From Obrimoposthia wandeli (Eukaryota), in assembly GCA_977020255.1 (NCBI GenBank), contig CDROCS010000253.1:1364001-1428000 (forward strand): 64,000 nucleotides of DNA, read 5' to 3'. The position numbers and the translations under genes were made by a program. Each line of letters starts with the position of its first letter. Position 1 is the stretch's first letter. The notes below the pieces were generated by a model. It saw only the letters and a list, made by a program, of their open reading frames with translations, had not been told where the DNA came from and did no database searches. This document shows, one piece after another, positions 10,855 to 20,746 of this stretch.

Positions 10855-11235
10855 ATGTTAGATAGAATAGGCATTACAGCAACTTCCTTATGTGCATTAC
10901 ATTGCATTTTATTACCTATTTTATTACCACTGTTACCTTTGCTTGGTTTAAGCTTTTTAGCGGATCACGCCTGGGAACATGTTTTTCTTCTCATGACCGC
11001 AGCGCTTGGTACTATCGCATTATTTTCTGGCTTTAAACGTTATCATAAACGTCTTTATCCTTTCTATTTACTTTATTTAGGCGTGACTTTATATTGGATA
11101 AAACATGACTTTTCTGAAGCATTAGAGCCGTATTTTATTATTGGTGGCGCTAGTCTTATTATTGCAGCCCATTTCATTAATATTAAATTATGTAATAGCT
11201 GCAAGCAATGTGATGATGAAACTTGTAGTAGCTAG
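10855..11235 (+). CDS. MerC-domain inner membrane protein (probable metal transporter)
   Basis: DRIGI..S.LCALHC motif, four hydrophobic segments, C-terminal Cys cluster. Confidence 0.8.
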   Translation: MLDRIGITATSLCALHCILLPILLPLLPLLGLSFLADHAWEHVFLLMTAALGTIALFSGFKRYHKRLYPFYLLYLGVTLYWIKHDFSEALEPYFIIGGASLIIAAHFINIKLCNSCKQCDDETCSS

Positions 11236-11240
11236 TTGCT

Positions 11241-11272
11241 TATAGCCGTTACCATTCAAAGTACAGGCTATA
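11241..11272. mobile_element. ERIC-like MITE terminal fragment between converging genes
   Basis: TATAGCCGTTACCATTCAAAGTACAGGCTATA resembles the TIR of the 42434 and 53501 copies. Confidence 0.55.
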
Positions 11273-11288
11273 AGTTAGTATCTTTTTC

Positions 11289-12689
11289 TTAGTTATCGAA
11301 CTCTTTCAATTTTCTCGTTAAGGTATTTCTACCCCAGCCTAGTTTTTTTGCTGCATCTTGTTTATGGCCTTGAGTAAATATTAACGCCCGTTCAAGCATA
11401 ATCTTTTCAAACTCTATTTGAGCGTAATCTAGAATTGCATCTTTTCCCTGTGCTAATTCTTGGTCCATCCAAGTACTAAGTACGTCTTGCCAAGCATTAG
11501 AATCATTCTTTAAAGGCGTTGATTTTTCGGTTAATTCATTAGGTAAATCTTCAATAAGAATTTCCTGTCCACTAGCCATAACCGTTAAAAAACGACAAAT
11601 ATTCTCCAACTGTCTAACATTTCCAGGCCAATGGCAGTTGTTCAGGAAGTTACTGGCCTTTTTACTTAATGTTTTAACTTCGACACTTAGCTCATTAGCT
11701 GCTTGTGTTAAAAAATGCTGACTCAGTTGTGGAATATCTTCTTTACGCTCTCTAAGGCTAGGTAAATGAATACGAATAACATTGAGACGATGAAATAAAT
11801 CTTCTCTAAATTCACCTTTGTTCACACGCTCTTCAAGGTGTTGATGAGTAGCTGCAATAATTCGTACATCCACCTGTACAGGTAGGTGTCCACCAACGCG
11901 ATAAACTTGACCATCAGAAAGTACACGTAATAAGCGAGTTTGAATATCCAATGGCATATCGCCAATTTCATCTAAAAATAAAGTTCCCCCATGTGCTTGT
12001 TCAAATCGTCCTTGTCGAACAGCATTAGCGCCAGTAAAGGCCCCTTTCTCATGACCAAATAATTCAGATTCAATTAAGTCTTTTGGAATAGCTGCCATAT
12101 TTAACGGAATAAAGGGTTCATTTACTCGAGGGCTATGGGAGTGTAGTGCTTGAGCAACGAGTTCTTTACCTGTGCCTGATTCACCATTAATGAGTACACT
12201 AATACTTGAGCGAGATAAACGTCCAATTGCGCGAAATACTTCTTGCATAGCGGGCGCTTCACCAATCAAGCCAACGGCTAAAGGTGTGTCTTTTTTATTT
12301 TTATTTTTCTCATTTTGCTCTCTAGCATGAGTGAGGGCACGTTTACTTAGGTTGACCGCTTCATCAATATCAAATGGCTTGGGCAGATATTCAAATGCAC
12401 CACCTTGATATGCATTAACCGCACTGTCTAAATCAGAATGAGCAGTCATAATAATCACAGGAATATGAGAGTGTTCTTTGCTTAACCGCTTTAATAGTTC
12501 CATGCCATCAATGTTTGGCATACGAATATCAGAAATAATGACTTCCGGCTGGCCATGATCTAATGCAACCAATAAATTTTCAGCACTTTCAAAAGCAGCA
12601 CAACTTATCTTTGCATTAGCAAAAGCTTTCTCAAGAACCCATCTAATCGAACTATCGTCGTCAACTATCCATACTTGTTCGGTGATCAT
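11289..12689 (-). CDS. glnG: Nitrogen regulation response regulator NtrC
   Basis: REC + AAA+ (GESGTGKE, GAFTGA) + HTH GWGRNTLTRK. Confidence 0.97.
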   Translation of the reverse strand: MITEQVWIVDDDSSIRWVLEKAFANAKISCAAFESAENLLVALDHGQPEVIISDIRMPNIDGMELLKRLSKEHSHIPVIIMTAHSDLDSAVNAYQGGAFEYLPKPFDIDEAVNLSKRALTHAREQNEKNKNKKDTPLAVGLIGEAPAMQEVFRAIGRLSRSSISVLINGESGTGKELVAQALHSHSPRVNEPFIPLNMAAIPKDLIESELFGHEKGAFTGANAVRQGRFEQAHGGTLFLDEIGDMPLDIQTRLLRVLSDGQVYRVGGHLPVQVDVRIIAATHQHLEERVNKGEFREDLFHRLNVIRIHLPSLRERKEDIPQLSQHFLTQAANELSVEVKTLSKKASNFLNNCHWPGNVRQLENICRFLTVMASGQEILIEDLPNELTEKSTPLKNDSNAWQDVLSTWMDQELAQGKDAILDYAQIEFEKIMLERALIFTQGHKQDAAKKLGWGRNTLTRKLKEFDN

Positions 12690-13804
12690 AATGTATTCTC
12701 TTGTGATAAAGGTTCTTGATTTAGGGGTTGTTGTTGTTTTAATGGTAGTAAAATTGTAAATTCAGTATGACCAGGACGGCTATGGCACGATAACTTACCT
12801 TGGTGTTGGTTTATTAATGTTTGTGAAATAGATAAACCTAAACCGGTACCATTAGAACGGCCAGAGACCATTGGATAAAAAAGAGTGTCTTGAATTTTGC
12901 TGGGAATACCTGGCCCGTTATCAATAATACTAATTTCAATGGCTAATTTTATTCGTTTGCCATGAATGGTTTTATTACTAGCAATTCGCGTTCTTAGTGT
13001 AATGTTGTGTATTTCATCAATGGCTTGAATAGCGTTATTAACAATATTAAGAACGGCTTGTTGTAGTTTTTCTTGATCACATTCAATCGGGGGTAAGGAG
13101 GGGTCATAATCGCGTAACAAATGGATTTTTTGGCTATTTGAATAACTGACCAACTGGCATACCTTCTCAAGTATGCCGTGGACATTTTGTGCTTGCATTT
13201 GGGGTAGTTGATTTGGACCTAATAGACGGTCAACTAAATTAGTTAACCGGTCAGCTTGCTCAATGATCATGCTGGTGTATTCTTGTTGCTCATTACTCAC
13301 TTCTTTACTGAGTAATTGCGCTGCGCCTCTTAGGCCACCAAGGGGGTTTTTAATTTCGTGTGCTAGTCCCTTAATAAGATCACGTGCAGCAAGCCATTGT
13401 TGATGCTGAAAAACTTCTAAACTAATTTGTTTTTGTTGATCTATTTGTTTGAACTCGAGTAATACATGCGGAGTTCTTTCAAACTCGACCGAAGAAGCGG
13501 TTACTTCTGCAGTAAATCGGTGACTTTCATTTAATTCTACAATAATATCGCAGTCAGTAAATTCTTGACCGGTGGCAAGCAGTTGCTTTAAACGTGAGCG
13601 ATTAATACTTGTATTAGCAAAAATCATTTCAGATTCTGTATTGAATAAACGGTATAGGCTTTTATTTAATAGTGCTTCAGCTGCAGGGTTTACATAAACG
13701 ATGGTGAGTTTATCATTGAGAATAATAACAGCAGTCACCAACTGGTTAGCGAGTGATTGCTGGTAAGATAACTTGTGATCTTGTATATAACTACGGCTAT
13801 GCAT
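12686..13804 (-). CDS. glnL: Nitrogen regulation sensor kinase NtrB (start moved to ATG at 13804)
   Basis: PAS + LAHEIKNPLGGLRGAAQLL H-box, DNGPG, GTGLGL; the upstream ATG at 13837 lies inside the NtrC site. Confidence 0.95.
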   Translation of the reverse strand: MHSRSYIQDHKLSYQQSLANQLVTAVIILNDKLTIVYVNPAAEALLNKSLYRLFNTESEMIFANTSINRSRLKQLLATGQEFTDCDIIVELNESHRFTAEVTASSVEFERTPHVLLEFKQIDQQKQISLEVFQHQQWLAARDLIKGLAHEIKNPLGGLRGAAQLLSKEVSNEQQEYTSMIIEQADRLTNLVDRLLGPNQLPQMQAQNVHGILEKVCQLVSYSNSQKIHLLRDYDPSLPPIECDQEKLQQAVLNIVNNAIQAIDEIHNITLRTRIASNKTIHGKRIKLAIEISIIDNGPGIPSKIQDTLFYPMVSGRSNGTGLGLSISQTLINQHQGKLSCHSRPGHTEFTILLPLKQQQPLNQEPLSQENTL

Positions 13805-13829
13805 AAAAACCCTTAGGAAGATAATTTCA

Positions 13830-13846
13830 TGCACCACTTTGGTGCG
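13830..13846. promoter_or_regulatory. NtrC binding site at the glnL promoter
   Basis: TGCACCACTTTGGTGCG versus TGCACCA-N3-TGGTGCA. Confidence 0.8.
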
Positions 13847-13964
13847 TGTAATTTAAGTTTACTAAAGAAAGGTTCTATTTGCAGTGTTAATTTATCTTGG
13901 AAACAAAGTGTTAACTCTATTTAATCTCTTTAATAATAAGGGCTTAAAAGTAATGAGTGCTAAC

Positions 13965-14483
13965 TTAGTTCTTTGATGCTCTATGCATATAAAACGTTAC
14001 TGATACTGATGATGCAATAATCTTGCCTTTTTCATCAAGTAGTAACATTTTTATTTTATGCTCGCCTCTATCAATATCCCTTAGAGAAAACATCGAGTGT
14101 TTTTGTGGCTTTTGATGGGGTTTACCGTCAAGGACTAATTGCACTTCTAATCCGGGCTTAAATCTTGGTTTGATACCCCCACCAATATATATGGAGCCTG
14201 TATTATCACGTATAGTGGCATTATTTTTAGGTGTATCAATAACTATTTCGTATTCTTCTACCATCTTTTGTGGAGTAATATCGAGTACTGCGGTATCAAT
14301 AGAGGTGCTTGATTGAATGATATTACCAGGTTTAGTTTTTACTTCTTCAGCGCCAGGCATGGGAGAGTCAGAAAAAACCAATACGCCTTCTTCATTACGC
14401 CATACATAAATTTTGGCTGTTTTTGGGTGCACAGGAGCAGCTAACGTGATGCCTAATAGTGTAAATAGTAATAACTTGATCAT
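13965..14483 (-). CDS. Secreted DUF4124-domain protein
   Basis: Signal peptide, KIYVWRNEEGVLVFSDSP motif, position between glnA and glnL. Confidence 0.8.
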   Translation of the reverse strand: MIKLLLFTLLGITLAAPVHPKTAKIYVWRNEEGVLVFSDSPMPGAEEVKTKPGNIIQSSTSIDTAVLDITPQKMVEEYEIVIDTPKNNATIRDNTGSIYIGGGIKPRFKPGLEVQLVLDGKPHQKPQKHSMFSLRDIDRGEHKIKMLLLDEKGKIIASSVSVTFYMHRASKN

Positions 14484-14642
14484 AGTTCCTTATATTTCCC
14501 TGTGCTTGTGGTACTTAATATTCGAATCATTCCATAATGTAGGATAATTTAAGTATACATTTATAATTTATACAAAAAATTTTTTTCTATCAATAAGTGA
14601 TTTTTGTGGATGAGATGTGATTTTTCTTTTGGCTGCGAGCAT

Positions 14643-14669
14643 AAAAAAGCTCACCTAAGTGAGCTTTTT
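14643..14669 (-). terminator. Rho-independent terminator of glnA
   Basis: GCTCAC/GTGAGC stem with A6 and T5 flanks. Confidence 0.85.
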
Positions 14670-14707
14670 ACTGAGTGTGAACTACTTCAAAGAGAAGTTA
14701 AGCGATA

Positions 14708-16114
14708 TTAAACGCTGTAGTAAAGTTCAAACTCTAATGGGTGAGTTGTCATGTTTACACGTTGACATTCTTCACGCTTAATAGCGATATATGCATCAAT
14801 CATGTCTTTATCCATAACACCACCAGCGATTAAGAATTCATAATCTGCTTCTAAATTATCAAGTGCGTTATCAAGTGATGTTGCTACTTGTGGAATTGAT
14901 GCCGCTTCTTCTGCTGGTAAGTCATATAAATCTTTATCCATAGCATCGCCAGGATGAATTTTGTTTTTAATGCCGTCAAGACCCGCCATTAATAATGCAG
15001 AGAACGCTAAGTATGGGTTACATGCAGGATCAGGGAAACGCGCTTCAATACGCATTGCTTTTGGCGATGGTACAAGTGGAATACGAATTGATGCAGAGCG
15101 GTTACGTGCAGAGTATGCAAGCATAACAGGTGCTTCAAAATGTGGTACTAAACGTTTGTATGAGTTAGTCGCAGGGTTAGTAAACGCGTTTAATGCTTTA
15201 GCGTGTTTGATGATACCACCAATGTAGTAAAGCGCTGTTTCAGATAGGCCGCCGTACTTATCACCAGCGAATATGTTAACACCATCTTTAGCAAGAGACA
15301 TATGTACGTGCATACCGGTACCGTTATCACCAACTAAAGGCTTAGGCATAAAAGTAGCCGTTTTACCGTAAGCATGTGCTACGTTATGAACAACATACTT
15401 ATAAATTTGAACTTCATCAGCTTTTTTAACTAAGGTATTAAAACGACAAGCAATTTCGTTTTGACCAGCCGTTGCTACTTCATGGTGATGCGCTTCAACA
15501 ACTAAGCCCATATCTTCCATAACTAAACACATAGCTGAACGTAAATCTTGTGATGAATCAACTGGAGATGTTGGGAAATAACCGCCTTTAACACCAGGAC
15601 GATGACCCATATTGCCTTCTTCGTATTCAGTACCTGAGTTCCAAGCAGCTTCTTTATCATCAATTTTATAAAAAGAACCACTCATATCAGTATGGTAACG
15701 TACATCGTCAAAGACGAAGAACTCTGGCTCTGGACCAACTAGTACATCATCGGCAATACCAGTACTACGTAGATATTCTTCTGCGCGGTTAGCAACAGAG
15801 CGAGGATCACGGCTATAACCTTGCATAGTGCTAGGCTCTAAAATATCACAGCGGATATTTAACGTAACAGCATCAGTAAAAGGGTCTAGGACAGCTGTTG
15901 ATGCGTCAGGCATCATCACCATGTCAGATTCGTCAATGCCTTTCCAGCCTTCAATAGATGAACCATCAAACATTTTGCCATCTTCAAAAAAATCGTCAGT
16001 TACTTGATGATGAGGAATAGAGATGTGTTGTTCTTTACCTTTTGAATCAGTAAAGCGAAGGTCAATAAATTTGACGTCGTGTTCTTTAATTAAGTCGAAT
16101 ACTGCTTGTGACAT
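14708..16114 (-). CDS. glnA: Glutamine synthetase type I
   Basis: [23 protein letters not shown], adenylylation region DKDLYDLP. Confidence 0.99.
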   Translation of the reverse strand: MSQAVFDLIKEHDVKFIDLRFTDSKGKEQHISIPHHQVTDDFFEDGKMFDGSSIEGWKGIDESDMVMMPDASTAVLDPFTDAVTLNIRCDILEPSTMQGYSRDPRSVANRAEEYLRSTGIADDVLVGPEPEFFVFDDVRYHTDMSGSFYKIDDKEAAWNSGTEYEEGNMGHRPGVKGGYFPTSPVDSSQDLRSAMCLVMEDMGLVVEAHHHEVATAGQNEIACRFNTLVKKADEVQIYKYVVHNVAHAYGKTATFMPKPLVGDNGTGMHVHMSLAKDGVNIFAGDKYGGLSETALYYIGGIIKHAKALNAFTNPATNSYKRLVPHFEAPVMLAYSARNRSASIRIPLVPSPKAMRIEARFPDPACNPYLAFSALLMAGLDGIKNKIHPGDAMDKDLYDLPAEEAASIPQVATSLDNALDNLEADYEFLIAGGVMDKDMIDAYIAIKREECQRVNMTTHPLEFELYYSV

Positions 16115-16234
16115 TGTGTCTCTCCACTGGGGTTAATTTTATAAAATTTTGTAAATAATCGAGTAAATCGTAAAATGAATGAAGTTATAACGGTTGGTTA
16201 TTACCATTATTCATCTATTATTGTTCGTTTAGTA

Positions 16235-16249
16235 GCTAAAATCGTGCCA
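16235..16249 (-). promoter_or_regulatory. sigma54 promoter of glnA
   Basis: Minus strand TGGCACGATTTTAGC (GG-N10-GC). Confidence 0.85.
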
Positions 16250-16300
16250 ACAGAAAGGTCATTGATTAATAGGCATTTTTATTATATTTACAATCATCAT

Positions 16301-16339
16301 TGCACTTATTTAGTGCTTATTGTGCATCATTGTGGTGCG
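16301..16339. promoter_or_regulatory. Two NtrC enhancer sites upstream of the glnA promoter
   Basis: TGCACTTATTTAGTGCT (16301-16317) and TGCATCATTGTGGTGCG (16323-16339). Confidence 0.8.
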
Positions 16340-16535
16340 TTTTGGTTATTGTAAGAATCCTACTATAGAATATATTTAACTGCTTGCCCTTAACAATTTA
16401 TATTTATTTTTGTCTTGTTGTGTTTAATATACGCAACTAAGCACACACTTTAGAGCGTTATTGTGTCTTAATCTTCGCTATGTTTATAATTTATGGTCTT
16501 TAATCTAAGAAATACCATAAAGGTATGAGGTTTTT

Positions 16536-17660
16536 ATGAATAACTTGATAACGACCCTACGGGCTATAACTTTTATTATTCTCTTTTCGATAATGCTTCC
16601 GACTATTGCTTTTGCTGAGGACGATAAAAGTAAGTGGCAGAAACCAACACCTGTTTTTAAGCAGGATTATGATTGGATCAAGCTGACATCTGATGAATGG
16701 CTCAAAGGTGAGATTGTTTCTATGTATGACGAGAAACTAGAGTTCGATAGTGATGAACTTGATATGCAGACAATCGACTTGGAAGATGTTGCTGAATTAC
16801 GAAGTAAACAATGGCAAAGTATTCGAATGTTTGATGGGACCATTGCTGAAGGTTATTTAGTGTTAAAAGATGGGCAGTTATCTTTAGTCAAACATGGTGT
16901 GACCACCCATTACGACTTTAGTAATCTTTTATCTATTGCATCCTCAGGTAAAAATGAACGAGATTTATGGGATGGCTATGTTAATTTGGGTATTAATTTA
17001 CGTGAAGGTAATACCGCACAATTCGATTATACCTTTTCTGCCGGAACACAGCGACGAAGCTCGAGCAGCCGTTTTAAAGTTGATTATACGAGTGATTATA
17101 GTAGTTATGAAGATCAAGACAGCGATGTGTCGACAGTTACCGCTGATAGCGAACGATTAACGTCATCTTATGATTGGTTCTTCAATCCTAAAATTTATTT
17201 CCGCGCTGCTGATTTTGAATATATGGCCGATGACTTTTTGAATATCGATTATCGAGTCCATTATGGTATCGCATTGGGTTATCATATTATCGATACTAGT
17301 CGTACTAGCTGGGATATCAATCTTGGCCCAAGTTACCAAAAAACTAAATTTATTGATGTTGGATTAGATGATAGTGACAGTGAGGATTCTTTAGGGATAA
17401 CACTCGGCACCAACTTTACCTTTGAAGTTACAAGTGATATTGATTACGATGCGTCCTATAGTGTACAGGTGATTGATGAGGCATCAGGTGGCAACATCCA
17501 TCACTTTCAAACAGGTCTAGAAATTGACCTTACCAATGACTTTGATCTTGAGTTGACCTTTTATGCCGATCGCACTGAAAACCCTAAAGAAGACAGTGCA
17601 GGTAATACCCCCGACAAGAATGATTACCGCTTAGTTGTGAGTTTTGGTTATGATTTTTAG
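16536..17660 (+). CDS. DUF481 (YdiY-like) outer-membrane beta-barrel protein, paralogue 1
   Basis: Signal peptide, amphipathic strands, C-terminal YDF. Confidence 0.75.
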   Translation: MNNLITTLRAITFIILFSIMLPTIAFAEDDKSKWQKPTPVFKQDYDWIKLTSDEWLKGEIVSMYDEKLEFDSDELDMQTIDLEDVAELRSKQWQSIRMFDGTIAEGYLVLKDGQLSLVKHGVTTHYDFSNLLSIASSGKNERDLWDGYVNLGINLREGNTAQFDYTFSAGTQRRSSSSRFKVDYTSDYSSYEDQDSDVSTVTADSERLTSSYDWFFNPKIYFRAADFEYMADDFLNIDYRVHYGIALGYHIIDTSRTSWDINLGPSYQKTKFIDVGLDDSDSEDSLGITLGTNFTFEVTSDIDYDASYSVQVIDEASGGNIHHFQTGLEIDLTNDFDLELTFYADRTENPKEDSAGNTPDKNDYRLVVSFGYDF

Positions 17661-17683
17661 TTAATTCAACAACCTAATTTTTT

Positions 17684-17717
17684 AAGGCTTGTATTTCAGC
17701 TAGTACAAGCCTTTTTT
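17684..17717 (+). terminator. Rho-independent terminator after DUF481 paralogue 1
   Basis: AAGGCTTGTA/TACAAGCCTT stem followed by T run. Confidence 0.8.
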
Positions 17718-17753
17718 ATTGTACATATATAAAAAAGTAACCACGGTAATTTT

Positions 17754-18848
17754 GTGAATAAGTATTTATTAATAGCGCTAGCCCTACTTAGCTTTATCAG
17801 TCAGGGGGCAGTAAAATCGGCACATACAGAAGTATGGAGTCCACCAACGCCTGTTTTTTCACAACAATTTGACTGGCTTAAATTACGTTCAGGAGAGTGG
17901 CTCAAAGGCGATATTATTTCCATGTATGATGATGAATTGGAATTTGAAAGTGATGAGTTTGATACCATCACTTTTGATTGGGATAAGGTAACAGAACTTC
18001 GCAGCCGATTTGACCAACAAATACGTTTTGCTAATGGGGAAGTAAAGCAAGGCTTTCTAATCGTTAAAGATAAGCATCTTGTTATAATCAGTGGTGGTAG
18101 TGAGCAGCATTACCCTTTATCGGAACTCTTATCAATAACGTCCTCTTCTGATGACAGAAAGGAGTTATGGGATGGTAAAGTGAGCTTAGGTATTGATGTT
18201 AATACAGGAAATGTTAATCAGTTAGATTATTTAGTCAGTGCGAGAGTGCAACGAAGAACACCTTTTACTCGTTTTAAAGTCGACTTTACCTATAACTATA
18301 GTAAATCTACTGCTGATGAAAATGAGTTAGTTATTACTAATACTAGTCGGTTAACTTCACATCTTGATTGGTTCTACAGTAGTAAAGCCTTCTTTCGAGT
18401 GTTTGACTATGAACACTTTACTGATTTTCAACAGAATATTAAGTCTAGAGATACGCTAGGACTCAGTTTAGGCTATCACATCTTTCAAAATAAACGTCTA
18501 CAGTGGGATGTAACACTCGGGCCTAGTTATCAACAAACGGTGTATTACAATACGACTGATGAAAGTGACCAACAAAGTGGCGTTATAGCCTTAGGTACTT
18601 TATTTGAGTACAGTATTTCAAGCCGACTAGACTATTTATTTGATTACCAACTACAATTTGTTGAAGAAAAATCAGGTAAGCGGAATTCACATTTACAAAC
18701 TGGTTTTGAATTTGAATTTCAGGAGCACTTTGAGTTAAATGTAATGTTTTATTTGGACCGTGTTGCTAACCCAGTTGCCCCTATGGGAACTCCGCCTCCG
18801 CAGTCAAATGATTATAGGTTAGTCATTAGTCTTGGTTATGACTTCTAG
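17754..18848 (+). CDS. DUF481 (YdiY-like) outer-membrane beta-barrel protein, paralogue 2
   Basis: Shares PTPVF.Q..DW.KL.S.EWLKG.I.SMYD and the C-terminal NDYRLV.S.GYDF with paralogue 1. Confidence 0.75.
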   Translation: MNKYLLIALALLSFISQGAVKSAHTEVWSPPTPVFSQQFDWLKLRSGEWLKGDIISMYDDELEFESDEFDTITFDWDKVTELRSRFDQQIRFANGEVKQGFLIVKDKHLVIISGGSEQHYPLSELLSITSSSDDRKELWDGKVSLGIDVNTGNVNQLDYLVSARVQRRTPFTRFKVDFTYNYSKSTADENELVITNTSRLTSHLDWFYSSKAFFRVFDYEHFTDFQQNIKSRDTLGLSLGYHIFQNKRLQWDVTLGPSYQQTVYYNTTDESDQQSGVIALGTLFEYSISSRLDYLFDYQLQFVEEKSGKRNSHLQTGFEFEFQEHFELNVMFYLDRVANPVAPMGTPPPQSNDYRLVISLGYDF

Positions 18849-18922
18849 CATAAGCATTACTCCGCTATACCAATGTTACTGATGGCTCACCTCAACATCA
18901 GTTAATGCACTACAACTGTTAA

Positions 18923-18941
18923 TATACCCAAGCCACATGAA
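18923..18941. mobile_element. Solitary ERIC-like MITE terminus
   Basis: TATACCCAAGCCACATGAA versus TIR TATACCCAAACCACTTGAA. Confidence 0.65.
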
Positions 18942-19169
18942 TGGGGTAAAATTAGTCCCGCTTCCTCTCCTTGATTCAGTAAATAATCTTGTTTATTACC
19001 TTGGTATCGTTTTCCATCGACTAAAGCGAATCGTTATTGTCGTTTTACTGTTTTGGGGTCTTAAGTTTTGAGTTGTCACTTCTGTGCTTTTTGATACCTG
19101 AGCAGATATGGGATTATTTTCTTCAACTTGGAATAGTTCCTTTGTGGAAGTCTTGCTAGAACGAGTCAT
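18934..19169 (-). pseudogene. Frameshifted remnant of a C-terminal 2Fe-2S ferredoxin domain (YcbX/FNR-hybrid oxidoreductase type)
   Basis: TITIRFSRW then, after a frameshift, KRYQGNKQDYLLNQGEEAGLILPHSC; ends at the MITE terminus just after the first cluster Cys. Confidence 0.6.
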
Positions 19170-19279
19170 TTATTACTTTACTCAACTAAGTTTAAAGAAC
19201 CTGATTACAGATAAAGCTTAGTTATTAAGGTATGATATCGTCAATTATAGCGCTTCTGTATGTTTTGATTATTATATTT

Positions 19280-20704
19280 ATGACTAATAAAATTCAACAC
19301 CTTCATATATTAGGTATTTGTGGCACTTTCATGGGAGGGCTTGCTGCTATAGCTAAACAACTTGGCTTTAAAGTTAGTGGCTCTGATGCGAATATCTACC
19401 CGCCAATGAGCACTCAGTTAGAGCAGTTAGGCATTGAATTGGTGTCTGGCTATCAAACAGATAACTTCACTGATGATATTGATTTGGTTATTGTTGGCAA
19501 TGCCATGTCTCGGGGCAACCCTATGGTGGAATATATGCTAGATCGTAATATTCCTTATACATCAGGTCCACAATGGTTGCTTGATAATGTATTAAAAGAT
19601 CGTTGGGTTCTCGCCGTTTCGGGTACACATGGTAAAACAACAACCAGTAGTATGCTGGCGTGGATTTTAGAATATGCCCATATGTCACCTGGTTTTCTTA
19701 TAGGTGGGGTACCGCAAAACTTCCCTAGCTCTGCTCGCCTAGGAGATGCGCCTTTCTTTGTTATCGAAGCGGATGAATATGACAGTGCTTTTTTTGATAA
19801 ACGTTCTAAGTTTGTACATTACCGACCTCGTACTTTAGTGATTAATAACTTAGAATTTGATCATGGTGATATTTTTAATGATCTCAGTGACATTCAAAAA
19901 CAATTTCATCATCTCATCCGAATGGTACCCAGTAATGGTTTGATTTTATCTCCTGCTAATGAAAAAGCGATTAGTGAAACATTAGCTATGGGCTGTTGGA
20001 CACCGACCGAATTCTCTAATAGAGAACCTCAACAAGATAGTCAGCTCGATACAGGTTGGCAAGTTGAAAAACTAAATGCTCATGGCAGTGAATTTATCGT
20101 TAAGTTTAACGGTAAAGAGCAAGGTGTAGTCAAGTGGGATCTCATCGGTGACTTTAATATTGATAATGGCGTGATGGCAATAGCGGCAGCTCGCCATGCA
20201 GGCGTGCCAAGTTCCGTCTCTATTGAAGCGTTAGCCGAATTTATCAATACTAAGCGTCGTTTTGAACTACGCGGTGTAGTTAATAATATTAGTGTCTATG
20301 ATGACTTTGCCCATCACCCTACAGCCATAGCAAAAACGTTAGCAGGGGTACGTGCTAAACTCTCACAAAAAGAAAATGAACAAGCACAGGCAGGGCGTAT
20401 CTTTGCGGTAGTAGAGTTTAGATCGAATACCATGAAGTCAGGCATACATAAAGAATCACTACCACAGTCGTTGATTGATGCGGATCAGGTCTTTATTTAT
20501 CAAGATGAGCAAATAACGTGGTCTGTAAGTGACTTAATTGACCAGTGCAAACCGCCTTGCCAAGTTAAAGAGAATATTGACAGATTAGTTGAAGATATTA
20601 CCGAACAAGCGCAAGCTGGCGATATCATTGTCGTTATGAGTAACGGTAGTTTTGCCGGTATACATGATAAATTATTGAACCGTTTGGCGAATATAGCCGT
20701 ATAA
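19280..20704 (+). CDS. mpl: Murein peptide ligase Mpl (start moved to ATG at 19280)
   Basis: IHILGICGTFMGGLA, GTHGKTTT, DDFAHHPTAI. Confidence 0.96.
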   Translation: MTNKIQHLHILGICGTFMGGLAAIAKQLGFKVSGSDANIYPPMSTQLEQLGIELVSGYQTDNFTDDIDLVIVGNAMSRGNPMVEYMLDRNIPYTSGPQWLLDNVLKDRWVLAVSGTHGKTTTSSMLAWILEYAHMSPGFLIGGVPQNFPSSARLGDAPFFVIEADEYDSAFFDKRSKFVHYRPRTLVINNLEFDHGDIFNDLSDIQKQFHHLIRMVPSNGLILSPANEKAISETLAMGCWTPTEFSNREPQQDSQLDTGWQVEKLNAHGSEFIVKFNGKEQGVVKWDLIGDFNIDNGVMAIAAARHAGVPSSVSIEALAEFINTKRRFELRGVVNNISVYDDFAHHPTAIAKTLAGVRAKLSQKENEQAQAGRIFAVVEFRSNTMKSGIHKESLPQSLIDADQVFIYQDEQITWSVSDLIDQCKPPCQVKENIDRLVEDITEQAQAGDIIVVMSNGSFAGIHDKLLNRLANIAV

Positions 20705-20746
20705 ACATGAAAGTTTTTAAATAAAATAGTAAAGAGAATTAGCACA

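Noticed and set aside
10855-11235. Mercury-resistance locus
   Set aside because: No merR, merA, merT or merP and no transposon context; upstream sites are Zur-like
13804-13837. Longer N-termini given by the ORF track for glnL (also mpl, cysQ, yheS, argE and the 57546 ORF)
   Set aside because: The extensions overlap operators or promoters or lack an RBS; downstream starts match family N-termini
14643-14707. GlnZ-like sRNA from the glnA 3' UTR
   Set aside because: Only ~60 nt with a terminator; no seed or processing signal recognisable
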